Assembly: GCA_045046875.1 (NCBI GenBank)
Contig: JASFYY010000095.1
Location: 1-64,000 of the forward strand
DNA length: 64,000 nt
From: Verrucomicrobiota bacterium
Lineage (GTDB): Bacteria; Verrucomicrobiota; Verrucomicrobiia; Verrucomicrobiales; DEV007
Reading direction: 5' to 3'
Shown one piece after another: positions 41,080 through 50,712 of this stretch. Below the pieces are notes generated by a model, which saw only the letters and a list, made by a program, of their open reading frames with translations, was not told the origin of the DNA and ran no database searches. How positions within the stretch are numbered: the first letter of the stretch is position 1; the number at the start of each line of letters is the position of its first letter. Position numbers and translations under genes: made by a program.

Positions 41080-41837
41080 AAGCTCTGCAAATCATCATCC
41101 TCCCGTTACTTTTACTGTCTCCTCTCCCTGCTTCAGCGCTGGATTCAGTGGAGCTCAAACAAGGCTTCATCTCGCTCTTCGACGGGAAGACCTTTGACGG
41201 TTGGAAACACAACGGTAACTGGGTGATCAAAGACGGGGTATTTTATCGAAAGGGCAAAGGCGGATCACTCACTTATACGACAGCAACGGTGCCAGACGAT
41301 TTCGAATTGCGCTTCGAATGGAAGGTGTCCAAAGCTTGCAACTCCGGCGTTTATTACCGTCCTGCTCAATACGAATACCAGATTCTGGATAACGTGCACA
41401 GCCCCTATGGCGAAAATCCGCGCCAGGCGGCCGGCTCGCTTTTCTTCTGCATGGCACCGTCGAAAGACGTGACCAAACCTTTCGGCCAATGGAACACCGG
41501 CCAGATAAAGTGTAAAGGAACGGTCATCGAACACTGGCTTAACCACAAACGCATCCTGTCCTTTGATTACTCCGATCCAAAATGGGCCAAACAGGTGGAG
41601 CTCTTGCGGATTCGCGGCGCCCAACTCAATGCACGCGGCGGCCGTCTTTCGTTACAGGACCACGGTGCGGACGTCTGGTTCCGCGAAATCCGCTGGCGTA
41701 AAATCCCCGTTGATGAAAAGCTCATCGCTGACTCAGAGTTTAAACCGCTACCTGTCACGGGAGAAGCCTTAAAAAAGGAACAAGCCCGAGTGAAGCGAAT
41801 GCTGGAGGCGAAAAATAAGAAGACCAAGTCAAAATAA
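41076..41837 (+). CDS. DUF1080 domain protein, secreted
   Basis: LFDGKTFDGW, DFELRFEWK, NSGVYY, EYQILD, LQDHG-VWFR; ATGA overlap with upstream gene. Confidence 0.9.
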   Translation: MKALQIIILPLLLLSPLPASALDSVELKQGFISLFDGKTFDGWKHNGNWVIKDGVFYRKGKGGSLTYTTATVPDDFELRFEWKVSKACNSGVYYRPAQYEYQILDNVHSPYGENPRQAAGSLFFCMAPSKDVTKPFGQWNTGQIKCKGTVIEHWLNHKRILSFDYSDPKWAKQVELLRIRGAQLNARGGRLSLQDHGADVWFREIRWRKIPVDEKLIADSEFKPLPVTGEALKKEQARVKRMLEAKNKKTKSK

Positions 41838-41864
41838 AGCAGCCTGGATTCAGCAAACTTCCCG

Positions 41865-42779
41865 CTATTTCAACAAGGGGCAGGATTCGGGCAAAACAAA
41901 TTTGATCGCGGATGGCACGACTTCAAAACGAATATTTTTTGCGCGATAGGGTTCACCGTCTAGATTAAAAGGTATGATTTTTCCGTCAGAGGCGATCTCT
42001 ACCCAGGGCTCCTGAATAAGCTTGGCAAATTGTCCATCCGGGGAAAGGGTTTTAATTTCGCTTATCACCTGGGCAAGATTTTCCGCAGCGAAATCGGCAA
42101 TCATCATGACATCCAACAAACCATCGTTGATCACCGCCTGTGGGGCGAGGACTTGCCCCCCTCCAGCTTGACGACCATTACAAATAGCACCAACAATCAT
42201 CGCTCCAGGAACGCTCCCTTTTTCTGTCGTTAAAGTTCCCGCATAGGGCGTGAAACCCACCGCTTTCACCAGCCCCGTTAAAGTGTATGCACCACCTCCA
42301 AGGAAATTTTTCAGCTCCACCGGAGTATCAACGGTGATCTCCGCGCCAAAACCTCCCGAGGCCACGTTCATGAAATAACGCTCATTCGCCTTGCCCACAT
42401 CCACCACCACACTTGAACCGCATACCGCGAGAGTGAGAGCCTCGGTCAGATTTACGGGGATTTGACAGGCACGAGCAAAATCATTGGCGGTGCCTAGAGG
42501 GAAAATGCCCACTTCGGGTGATGCTTTCGTTTTGCTCTCATTTGGCAAGTTCATTAAGGCATCCGCGACCTCGTTGATCGTTCCATCGCCCCCACCCGCG
42601 ATAATTCTATCCACCCCTTCAGCAGAGGCTTCGCACAGTAATCTCTGGATATCGCCCGATTCATAAGTGGTCCTCACTTCAAGGTCGGGGTAGTTTTGAC
42701 GAACGGCAGAGATGGCATCTCTCACCTCTTTGAGCCCCGCCTTTTTGCCGTTCAGTAGGATACGTATTTTGCCCTTCAT
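41865..42779 (-). CDS. yegS: YegS/BmrU family lipid kinase
   Basis: LNGK, GGGDGTINEV, PLGTANDFA, NGRQAGGG, NLDGEP. Confidence 0.88.
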   Translation of the reverse strand: MKGKIRILLNGKKAGLKEVRDAISAVRQNYPDLEVRTTYESGDIQRLLCEASAEGVDRIIAGGGDGTINEVADALMNLPNESKTKASPEVGIFPLGTANDFARACQIPVNLTEALTLAVCGSSVVVDVGKANERYFMNVASGGFGAEITVDTPVELKNFLGGGAYTLTGLVKAVGFTPYAGTLTTEKGSVPGAMIVGAICNGRQAGGGQVLAPQAVINDGLLDVMMIADFAAENLAQVISEIKTLSPDGQFAKLIQEPWVEIASDGKIIPFNLDGEPYRAKNIRFEVVPSAIKFVLPESCPLLK

Positions 42780-42863
42780 ATTATGTATTTTTCAATTTTA
42801 ACTCAATCGAGCCAACCTTTTTTTCTAAAATAATAAAAAATGAAAATCGCTATAAGCGCCATC

Positions 42864-42892
42864 AACCCCAACCCCAACCCCAACCCCAACCC
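42864..42892 (-). repeat. (GGGGTT)n tandem repeat, potential G-quadruplex
   Basis: Plus strand (AACCCC)x4 AACCC; five G-tracts on the minus strand. Confidence 0.85.
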
Positions 42893-43032
42893 TAGAGGAT
42901 AAGCGCAGTCTCATGTTACAATATTAATAATTCCTCACATCAAAATTGTAAACGTGAATTCCGTATAACCTCCCCCAACTTGTCAACGCAGTAACCCCTC
43001 TCTCACTAGAGATGAGTCCTGACCTGCCCGCC

Positions 43033-43926
43033 TTACAAATTAAAACGCAGCACCACCGGCAAGTGGTCGGAGCTCGTTGAGCTCTCAATGGAATAACAAT
43101 CCAGCACTTCAACACCTCGGGTGAAGATTCGATCCAAATGCAAAGCCGGATCATACCCCCCAACCCCCTTCAATCCTCGCATCCAAGCAAGTGCCGGCGA
43201 CTTGCCTGGTGCCCGGTTGACCGCCTCATTCAATCCCACCTGCTGCGCTTTTTTTCGCAACAAATCCAGGCGCCGATCACTCCACACGTTAAAGTCCCCA
43301 CAAACAATCGCCGCTCCATCACGCCCCTCAAGCGCATCAAAAATCTGATCAAGCTGCTTTGCATAAGTCTGGATGGTTACAAAATTCAGCCCATGACAAT
43401 TAATAATCTGAAGTTTTTTGCCATCCGCCGAGATCAACTCTGTAAACACGGACACCTTGGGGGAAACAAAACCAAACTCACGCCCTGGCGAGAGCAACTG
43501 CCTTGCCTGAGCATCACCAGCGGCGAAACTCGAATCCCCAACCGTTAACAACCCCGTTGAGCGTTTGGAAAAAGAGTAACGCCAACTCGGACTGTAATGT
43601 CCTGACACCTTCTCACTATGCAGGTCTTTGATCAGCTCATAAGTGCTGGAACGCACCTCCTGCAGGCAAAGAATCACACCCGCTTGATCCGGAACGTCTT
43701 TTAGAATCTGCTGTACTTCTTTTATGAAGCCCTTGTCTTCGGACTTATGCACATTCCAACTCAATAAATAAGACGGCATTTTTTTTACCGACACCCCTCT
43801 CACAACCCCTTTTCGATTCCCTAATGGCTTCACTCCTCTGCTCGACTGGCAGCTCGTAGCGCTCAGCATCAACAGCAGACAAAGTCCCCAGCTAAAACTA
43901 CGCGTTATTAAACACTCACATACCAT
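43033..43926 (-). CDS. Endonuclease/exonuclease/phosphatase family protein (YafD-like), possible lipoprotein
   Basis: SWNVHK, LQEV, NCHGLNF, GDFN, LDRIF, SDH motifs. Confidence 0.85.
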   Translation of the reverse strand: MVCECLITRSFSWGLCLLLMLSATSCQSSRGVKPLGNRKGVVRGVSVKKMPSYLLSWNVHKSEDKGFIKEVQQILKDVPDQAGVILCLQEVRSSTYELIKDLHSEKVSGHYSPSWRYSFSKRSTGLLTVGDSSFAAGDAQARQLLSPGREFGFVSPKVSVFTELISADGKKLQIINCHGLNFVTIQTYAKQLDQIFDALEGRDGAAIVCGDFNVWSDRRLDLLRKKAQQVGLNEAVNRAPGKSPALAWMRGLKGVGGYDPALHLDRIFTRGVEVLDCYSIESSTSSDHLPVVLRFNL

Positions 43927-43993
43927 ACCTCAGTTTTTATTTGAGTTTCAACACCCTGGGCATTGATCTCTAGCCCATCTAAGACGTCTCCTC

Positions 43994-44023
43994 ATCCGTG
44001 TTTATCCGCGCCATCCGCAGTTA
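43994..44023. repeat. Triple-nonamer repeat, solo arm E
   Basis: ATCCGTGTTT-ATCCGCGCC-ATCCGCAGTTA, immediately after the hflX stop. Confidence 0.65.
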
Positions 44024-44030
44024 AATTTTT

Positions 44031-45350
44031 TCACAAAGCACCTTCCAATTCAAACCCTTCAAAATGATGCAACTGCGCCCTCGGCACCATTGCCGTCAAT
44101 AAGATATCGTTGCCCTCGTAATCCTGTTCCAAAATTTTCCCATCCCGATGCAGCAAAGCCATCAAATCCTGCCGGGCCTGGGGAATACGCAATTTCAACC
44201 GTGCCACCCGGTCGTGATTCAAGGCATTGATGCGCAAAACAAAATCCTCCACCCCCTCACCGTTGTGAACCGAAATAAAACACGCCTCCGGGTAAAGCCC
44301 TTTCAGTTCGTGTAAGCGCAGCAAACCTTCTTCCGAGGATTGCAGCAAGTCGATTTTATTAAAAACCAATAGCATCGGTTTATCCCCGGCCCCCAACTCG
44401 CTCAGCACGTCCAACGTGGTTTGATAAAAATCACCGACGTTCTCTGCCGAAGCATCCAACACATGAACCAGAAAATCCGCCAACACCGCCTCTTCCAAAG
44501 TCGCTTTAAAAGCTTCAATTAAACGGTGCGGGAGATTGCGCACAAAACCTACCGTATCCGTAAGCAATAAAGACTGACCATCTGGCAATTCAATTCTCCG
44601 CGTCGTCGGATCCAGAGTGGCAAACAATTTATCCTCGACCAGAATGTCGGAATCCGCCAAACGATTGAGCAAGGATGACTTGCCCGCATTGGTGTAACCC
44701 ACAATCGCTGCGTGCGGCAAGCCCTCGCGAGTTCGCTCCTTGCGCTGCGTCGCCCGTTGGGTGCGCACCGTATTCAATTCCTTTTCAACCATGTTGATCC
44801 GCTTCCTGGCCAAGCGCCGATCCACCTCGATCTGTTTCTCTCCCTCGCCACGCGCCGCAGCCGCGCCGCCCTTGCCCCCACCCGAACCTCCGCCCTGACG
44901 GTCAAGGTGAGTCCACATCCGCGCCAATCTCGGCAACGAATAACGCATCCGCGCCAACTGCACCTGCAAAGCCGCCTCCCGCGTCCGGGCACGCATCGCA
45001 AAAATATCTAAAATCACCTCCTCACGATCGAGCACACACACATCCGCCTCGGTTTCCCAAGTGCGTTGCTGTGAGGGACTCAATTCATTGTCGAAAACAA
45101 CCGCGTCACAGTCGAGCTCCTTTGCCCGTTCCATCAACTCCAGCGCCTTTCCTGAGCCCGTCAGGTAGCGCTTGCTCTGATCCCTGATAAAAACCAAATT
45201 TGATTCGGCAATGCCAATGCCCAGCGTGCGCACCAGCTCACCCAACTCCTCGAGCAAACTTGCCGCCTCGGCTTCATCCTTGCGGTCAAAATAGGCGCCT
45301 ATCAAAAAGGCGCGCTCCACCATTTCCGGTTTTTCACGTATATCAAACAT
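44031..45350 (-). CDS. hflX: GTPase HflX
   Basis: ILDIFA-RA, GEGEKQIEVDRR, GYTNAGKS, LFATLDPT, DTVGF, NKID. Confidence 0.96.
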   Translation of the reverse strand: MFDIREKPEMVERAFLIGAYFDRKDEAEAASLLEELGELVRTLGIGIAESNLVFIRDQSKRYLTGSGKALELMERAKELDCDAVVFDNELSPSQQRTWETEADVCVLDREEVILDIFAMRARTREAALQVQLARMRYSLPRLARMWTHLDRQGGGSGGGKGGAAAARGEGEKQIEVDRRLARKRINMVEKELNTVRTQRATQRKERTREGLPHAAIVGYTNAGKSSLLNRLADSDILVEDKLFATLDPTTRRIELPDGQSLLLTDTVGFVRNLPHRLIEAFKATLEEAVLADFLVHVLDASAENVGDFYQTTLDVLSELGAGDKPMLLVFNKIDLLQSSEEGLLRLHELKGLYPEACFISVHNGEGVEDFVLRINALNHDRVARLKLRIPQARQDLMALLHRDGKILEQDYEGNDILLTAMVPRAQLHHFEGFELEGAL

Positions 45351-45450
45351 ACACCAGCAGACTAGACCGAAGCCCGCCCTTTGCAAAGTCCGGCTTGGAA
45401 GAATTTCTCCACACTTTACCTATCGCCAGTACGCGCTATAATGCGGAATC

Positions 45451-45951
45451 ATGGAATCTTTAAAACCAATCTTCTCTAGCCCCTTCTTCTGGGGTTTCGC
45501 GCTTGGCATGGTCTTTTTAGTGCTCTCCCTGTGGGCGCACTTCAAAACCAAAATTGAACTCAAACGCCTGCGTCGCAACTTGAGCGACAAAGTAGAGATC
45601 GAAGCCCAACACCTCGGCGAGCTGAAAAAGGAGAAAGACCAGCTCAAACAAGAAAACGAAAACCTGCGCATCAAAGTCAAAGGCAGCGGCGAGAATTCCG
45701 CCCAGACCCTCGAACGGGAATTGGAGATCTTCGCCCGTGCGGAAAAAAGCATGTATGTCACCGCACCTGGATTTTCAGCTGCCTGGGAAAACGCCAAACA
45801 CGCTGCTCTGGAAGAAGTTGAGCAGGAAGAACAAGGCAAAAGCATTCCACGCAAATTGTTCCGCAAGTTTTTCTCAGCACCCAACAAAGGTGGCACCGAG
45901 CATCTTCTGTCGACTTCCGAAAGCAATCCGTCCGAGCAAAAAAGTTCCTAA
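45451..45951 (+). CDS. Hypothetical membrane-anchored coiled-coil protein
   Basis: N-terminal hydrophobic helix then LKKEKDQLKQENENLR heptads. Confidence 0.7.
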   Translation: MESLKPIFSSPFFWGFALGMVFLVLSLWAHFKTKIELKRLRRNLSDKVEIEAQHLGELKKEKDQLKQENENLRIKVKGSGENSAQTLERELEIFARAEKSMYVTAPGFSAAWENAKHAALEEVEQEEQGKSIPRKLFRKFFSAPNKGGTEHLLSTSESNPSEQKSS

Positions 45952-45962
45952 CAGACCCAGCG

Positions 45963-46559
45963 ATGACTCTGACATTTCCCCAAGGCGATTTTGAAGCTTA
46001 TATCTTCGACTGCGATGGCACCCTGGTCGATTCCATGCCTTTACACTACCGCGCCTGGTCCGCATCGTTCATCCACCACGATGCTCCCTTCGAGTTTTCA
46101 GAAAAACGTTTTTACGCCTCTGCAGGTGTGCCTGATCGCGAAACGGTAGCCTCCCTCAATGCCCAACATGGCTGTGAGCTCGATGCTGACTCGATCCACG
46201 ACCACAAACTGGAATACTTCTTCCAGCACATGCACGAACTAGAAGCCGTCCATGCTGTCGCAGATGTGCTACGATCCATCCACGGCAAGCTTCCCGTCTC
46301 CGTCGCTTCGGGTAGCGATATCACCCTGGTTGAGCCCTCTCTGAAAATAGTCGACTTAGATCACTTTTTCGAAATCATCGTCACCCCAGCCGATGTTGAA
46401 CGAGGGAAACCCGCCCCTGACATGTTTTTACTGGCAGCAGAAAAAATGGGCATCGCCCCGGAAAAATGTCTGGTCTTCGAAGATGGCCAGGCCGGCATCG
46501 ACGCCGCCAACGCCGCCGGCATGCAAAGCGTATTCGTCCCCAGCGGCCCCGCGCATTGA
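45963..46559 (+). CDS. HAD-family phosphatase (YqaB/beta-PGM-like)
   Basis: FDCDGTLVDS, GKPAPD, FEDG-GI-AA-AGM. Confidence 0.9.
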   Translation: MTLTFPQGDFEAYIFDCDGTLVDSMPLHYRAWSASFIHHDAPFEFSEKRFYASAGVPDRETVASLNAQHGCELDADSIHDHKLEYFFQHMHELEAVHAVADVLRSIHGKLPVSVASGSDITLVEPSLKIVDLDHFFEIIVTPADVERGKPAPDMFLLAAEKMGIAPEKCLVFEDGQAGIDAANAAGMQSVFVPSGPAH

Positions 46560-46560
46560 T

Positions 46561-47784
46561 TCAAGGCAAACGCAACACCTCCACCTGCGCGCCCGCCTCC
46601 AGCACTTCCCCTGCATCCACTCGCAGCAACGCATCCGCACGGCTCAGGCCAAATATCGCATGCGAAGCCTGCATGCCCACCGGAGCAAACACCCCATCCT
46701 CTTCACTCAAATTTCCACGTAAGTAGTGCGGGCGGCCGCCCTTGCTGTAATCAATTTTCTCTCCCAAACGACAGCTAACTTTTGGCAAAGGCAAAGCCTC
46801 CACTCTGTCATCTACATAACCGGCCCTCTTACGCAAAGCCGCCGCCACAAATAACAAAAAGGTCGTATAAGCCGCCACCGGATTGCCCGGTAAACCAAAT
46901 ATCTGGGTATCCCCGCGACGACCAAACAAAAATGGCTTGCCCGGTTTGATCCTCACCCGCCAGAAATCCGTCTCAACGCCCAGATCCGTCAGCCCCTGTT
47001 TGACCAAATCATGCTCGCCCACCGAAACGCCACCGGCAATCAAGACCACATCATTTTCATCCAACGCACTGCGCAAGGTCTGCTCGAGAATTTCCTCATC
47101 ATCGCGGGCATGAAGCAGTTGAGCCTCACAACCCAATGTGCTTTTGACCAAAGCCGCCAACATCGGCGCATTGCTGTTATAAATATGCCCCTCACTTAAA
47201 TCCGCGCCCGGCTCGATCAATTCATCCCCCGTCGTCACCACCGCCACCCGTGGCAAGGCATGAACCGACACCTCCGCCAGCCCTTGTGATGCCAACAAGC
47301 CGATCCTCCCTGGTGTGATTTCCTCTCCAATCGCAACAATTTTCTGCCCAATACACACATCCGCCCCGCGGCGGCGAATGAATTCCCCCACCTCATCCAC
47401 CGCTTCGACCACCTCAATCTGTCGCCTGCCATCTTGCCCTTCGATCACCGTCACGTCCTCCTGCATGATGACCGCATCCGCCCCCTTGGGCATCGGAGCT
47501 CCAGTAAAAATCCGCAATACCTCCCCTTCCGCCACGTTCAAGCCCTGATCCGCCCCCGCCGCCTGCTCTCCAGTCACCAACAATCGCAAACCCGCCTCTT
47601 TTGCATCTTGATAACGAAGCGCATAACCATCCATCGCCGAATTATCAAAACCCGGTAAATCCACCTGGGCAAAAACATCCGCTGCGGCCCGCCGCCCCAA
47701 GGCCTCAGATAAAACACAATACTCTGCCCCCATCACTGGAGTCACTTGCAAAATTTTTTCCCGCGCTTCGCTTTCTTCAATCAT
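46561..47784 (-). CDS. moeA: Molybdopterin molybdotransferase
   Basis: FDNSAMDGYA, RIFTGAP-P-GADAV-QE, TGDEL, GGVSVG, KPGKP, LPGNP. Confidence 0.93.
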   Translation of the reverse strand: MIEESEAREKILQVTPVMGAEYCVLSEALGRRAAADVFAQVDLPGFDNSAMDGYALRYQDAKEAGLRLLVTGEQAAGADQGLNVAEGEVLRIFTGAPMPKGADAVIMQEDVTVIEGQDGRRQIEVVEAVDEVGEFIRRRGADVCIGQKIVAIGEEITPGRIGLLASQGLAEVSVHALPRVAVVTTGDELIEPGADLSEGHIYNSNAPMLAALVKSTLGCEAQLLHARDDEEILEQTLRSALDENDVVLIAGGVSVGEHDLVKQGLTDLGVETDFWRVRIKPGKPFLFGRRGDTQIFGLPGNPVAAYTTFLLFVAAALRKRAGYVDDRVEALPLPKVSCRLGEKIDYSKGGRPHYLRGNLSEEDGVFAPVGMQASHAIFGLSRADALLRVDAGEVLEAGAQVEVLRLP

Positions 47785-47804
47785 TCTTCAACCACCTGAA
47801 TTAT

Positions 47805-48323
47805 TTATTCCAATACCTGTTTTTTCTCCCCACCCGGAGTCTTCACCGTAGTGACATCTCCTTTTTTGTTCATCAATCCATGCAAAATCACCGAATCATC
47901 ACGGTTCGGTGAACCTTTGACAATGTCGGCCACCACAAAGGCGCCTTTGCGCTCTGAGCTGACCTTGAGTTTCGCTGAAGGTCTACCGTTTGCATCATAA
48001 GTCATCCAAGTCGTGCCCGCCGCCACCATCGATCGACCACCCGACACCGACTTCACCAATACAAAACGCCCGCGGTCGTTCACCAGATGCACCACCCCCA
48101 CCACCCGATTACCCGGCACATTCTCATCAGCAGCCGAATCCGCTTTTTCCTCAGCCTCCTTCGCTTCCTTTTCAGCTTTATCTTTCCCACCAAACAACTG
48201 GGGAATCCTGGGCATTTTAAGCGCTGATAACTTCCCCCCCTTCAACCGACAGCTGGAAAAAAAGCACGTCGTCAACAAGACCCATACCAGCCAGTTGCAA
48301 CAACGATACCCATCTCTCTTCAT
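47805..48323 (-). CDS. Hypothetical lipoprotein
   Basis: Lipobox-like FFSSC after a hydrophobic stretch; VGVVHLVN-RFVL domain. Confidence 0.6.
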   Translation of the reverse strand: MKRDGYRCCNWLVWVLLTTCFFSSCRLKGGKLSALKMPRIPQLFGGKDKAEKEAKEAEEKADSAADENVPGNRVVGVVHLVNDRGRFVLVKSVSGGRSMVAAGTTWMTYDANGRPSAKLKVSSERKGAFVVADIVKGSPNRDDSVILHGLMNKKGDVTTVKTPGGEKKQVLE

Positions 48324-48888
48324 CCGCCAAAATAGCCCGCCACCGCCAAATCGCAAGCCCCATCAGGCATCACCCAGACAAGAAGCAACGCCCGCCCAGC
48401 TACACAAGATTAAAAACCGCTTTGGGTCTGACCCTTAACTATACTGCGATATATCAGGCCTTATTCTACTGCCAAAAGATCATTCTGATGGCATCAGCCT
48501 GGCCCCTGCCCTGAAAGGAAAAGATCAACCGCGTCAGAAAGCACTTATTTTCCCAACAACATCGAACTCTACGACTTAGCGAATAATCCATATGAAAAAA
48601 ATCTCGCTTAGCAACGCCCTGCCGAAGCAGCAAAATTAAAAATTGAATTAGCCGCACAGATGCGTGAGGAAGACGAGGGATCGAAACGTTTATTTTTCAA
48701 AAACAAGCTCGGATTAAATGACGTGGAGCCAAACGGCGATGACTCATCTCCAGCGCTGCGATTGTTTCAATTTCTGAACAAACGGCGGCGAAGGCGGGAT
48801 CAACTCCAGTTGCGCCTACGCAAACGGTATTCATCATCCACAACCCGACAGCCATTGCTGTGCCTACGGTTGTTACCCCCAACCTTCG

Positions 48889-48901
48889 CAACTCGTTGAT
48901 A
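48889..48901 (-). promoter_or_regulatory. IHF-consensus site next to the tRNA 3' end
   Basis: Minus strand TATCAACGAGTTG fits WATCAANNNNTTR exactly, 6 nt past the CCA. Confidence 0.45.
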
Positions 48902-48907
48902 ATAAAA

Positions 48908-48998
48908 TGGCGGTGAGGGTGGGATTCGAACCCACGGTACCCTTTTGGGGTACGCATCTTTAGCAAAGATGTACTTTCGGCCACTCAGTCACCTCACC
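48908..48998 (-). tRNA. tRNA-Ser (anticodon GCT)
   Basis: GGTGAGG acceptor stem, anticodon arm CATCT-TTGCTAA-AGATG, long variable arm GTACCC/GGGTAC, GGTTCGAATCC T-arm, encoded CCA. Confidence 0.97.
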
Positions 48999-49194
48999 AA
49001 AATTTTGCTGAACCGGAACTCCGGCCTATGAGCTCCACGGCGGAAAGAAACACGCCTTGACCCTTTCGTCAAGCATTTCACATGATTCCATCACATTTGT
49101 TTTCCACAGCTTGGCAGGCTTGGCTTGATAAGCGGTTGCCTAGTCATTCTCTCCCCCTCTTAAATGAAAATCCCACCACTGAACAACTCAACAT

Positions 49195-50556
49195 CTATTC
49201 CCCATCCAAAAACTCTTCGGTCAATTCGATCACCTCTGGATTTGCCAGAATACCGACATGATCTGAATAAAAAGACTTAAACCGCACCGCCACGCTCATC
49301 ACTGGAGCAAAAGTCTGACTCTCCACACTGACCGTGCCATCGTTCTCCTCCGGCAAGATCATCGACTTGGTATTTTTGGTGCCATACATCAGTAGGTGAC
49401 TCACCTGCCCTTTCAAATCACGCGAATATAAGTCCTTCTGGAAATCACTGCCTGAAGCCATGTCCCGCCAGGAAGGAACCACCTCAGGAGCATGTTTGAC
49501 CCCCATCGCCGCCGCTTCATGGCCTCCCCATGGTGTAGAAATTGTCACTATCTTAGTTATGTAACTATTTCCATCATCCAACACATTTTTTACTACAAAT
49601 GACCGAGCAACCATGCCTCCCATACTGTGGGCCACCACGTGCAACTGCTTGAAATTATAAAAATCATGCAAAGACTCCACTCCCCGGTTCAAAGCCCCAC
49701 CCATCTCATCCAATCGGCGTCCGGTAGGATAATAATAAAACCACGGCTGGTATTTTTTTCGATCGATCTTGGCGAAAAAAGTCTTCCAATCCTGAGGTGA
49801 GCCCGCGGCTCCATAAACGAACAACACAGGTATACGGCTAGGGTCATATTCCTCCAAAAAATAAACCCCAATCCCAGAATCCACTGGAAAATCCACCGGT
49901 TGCCACAGACCCTGCTCTCCGCGTTCGGATGAAAAGCGGGGATCACTCAAATCAGCAATATCACCCAAAGCCACTGGAATATTCAAGCGAGATATGATTT
50001 CCTGCCGTGTTCTTCCTGCCGCAAAACGCTTAACATCGGAAATCAGCCGTTTGGGAATAATGGTCGATTTGCTCAATTGACCCACCACCCGCGCTTTTTT
50101 TTCTATTTCATCAAATTCTACCGGCACCGGATTTCCGCTTCCATCCGAGTGAATCCAAGCAGGCTCCCCTTTATCATACAAATCATTCCCATTACTATCC
50201 CCATAAGCCATCACATACTGGTTCTCGGAGCCTCTCACAAAAAAACCAAAGGTTCCCACCGGGTTTTTGACTTTGGTGAAATCGCCGGAAAAAACCTCGC
50301 CCGATTTTTCATCCCATTCGACCACCATCCCTCGAAGATTTTTCACCCCTTTGGCATTCGAAAGTTTAACGCTCAAAATGAAACTCTCATCCATGAAATC
50401 GAGGTTTCTACCCAGAATTTTAAAATTTGCGCAACTTGAAACCTGCAGCAAAAGCGCCACCCCGATCAAAAGCCCCACACCAGATAAAGCGCTCCAGCTT
50501 ACGCCGTAACCCGATTCTTTTCCCCTCTGCTGCTTAGAAGCTTTTTGAATGCTCAT
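49195..50556 (-). CDS. Alpha/beta-hydrolase (lipase-like) lipoprotein
   Basis: VSSC lipobox; PVLFVYG, VAHSMGG, ISTPWGG, NDGTV, DHVGIL. Confidence 0.82.
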   Translation of the reverse strand: MSIQKASKQQRGKESGYGVSWSALSGVGLLIGVALLLQVSSCANFKILGRNLDFMDESFILSVKLSNAKGVKNLRGMVVEWDEKSGEVFSGDFTKVKNPVGTFGFFVRGSENQYVMAYGDSNGNDLYDKGEPAWIHSDGSGNPVPVEFDEIEKKARVVGQLSKSTIIPKRLISDVKRFAAGRTRQEIISRLNIPVALGDIADLSDPRFSSERGEQGLWQPVDFPVDSGIGVYFLEEYDPSRIPVLFVYGAAGSPQDWKTFFAKIDRKKYQPWFYYYPTGRRLDEMGGALNRGVESLHDFYNFKQLHVVAHSMGGMVARSFVVKNVLDDGNSYITKIVTISTPWGGHEAAAMGVKHAPEVVPSWRDMASGSDFQKDLYSRDLKGQVSHLLMYGTKNTKSMILPEENDGTVSVESQTFAPVMSVAVRFKSFYSDHVGILANPEVIELTEEFLDGE

Positions 50557-50712
50557 GCTTGCTACCTATCCAAATTCCCCCGCTTGTGCAAGGATTGAAT
50601 AGCTCAAAGTTCACGACGATTAAAAACCATCGAACAAGTTTCCAGCAGAAAAAAGCAATTTCCGCTCAATCGTTGAAATTGACCTCTACCGCGCGCTGCC
50701 CTAGTCTCAAAG

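Noticed and set aside
1481..44023. Nonamer repeat elements as a CRISPR array
   Set aside because: Repeats are inverted, dispersed and degenerate, with no regular repeat-spacer series and no cas genes
48697..48984. 95-aa ORF on the minus strand
   Set aside because: Reads through the tRNA-Ser gene; spurious
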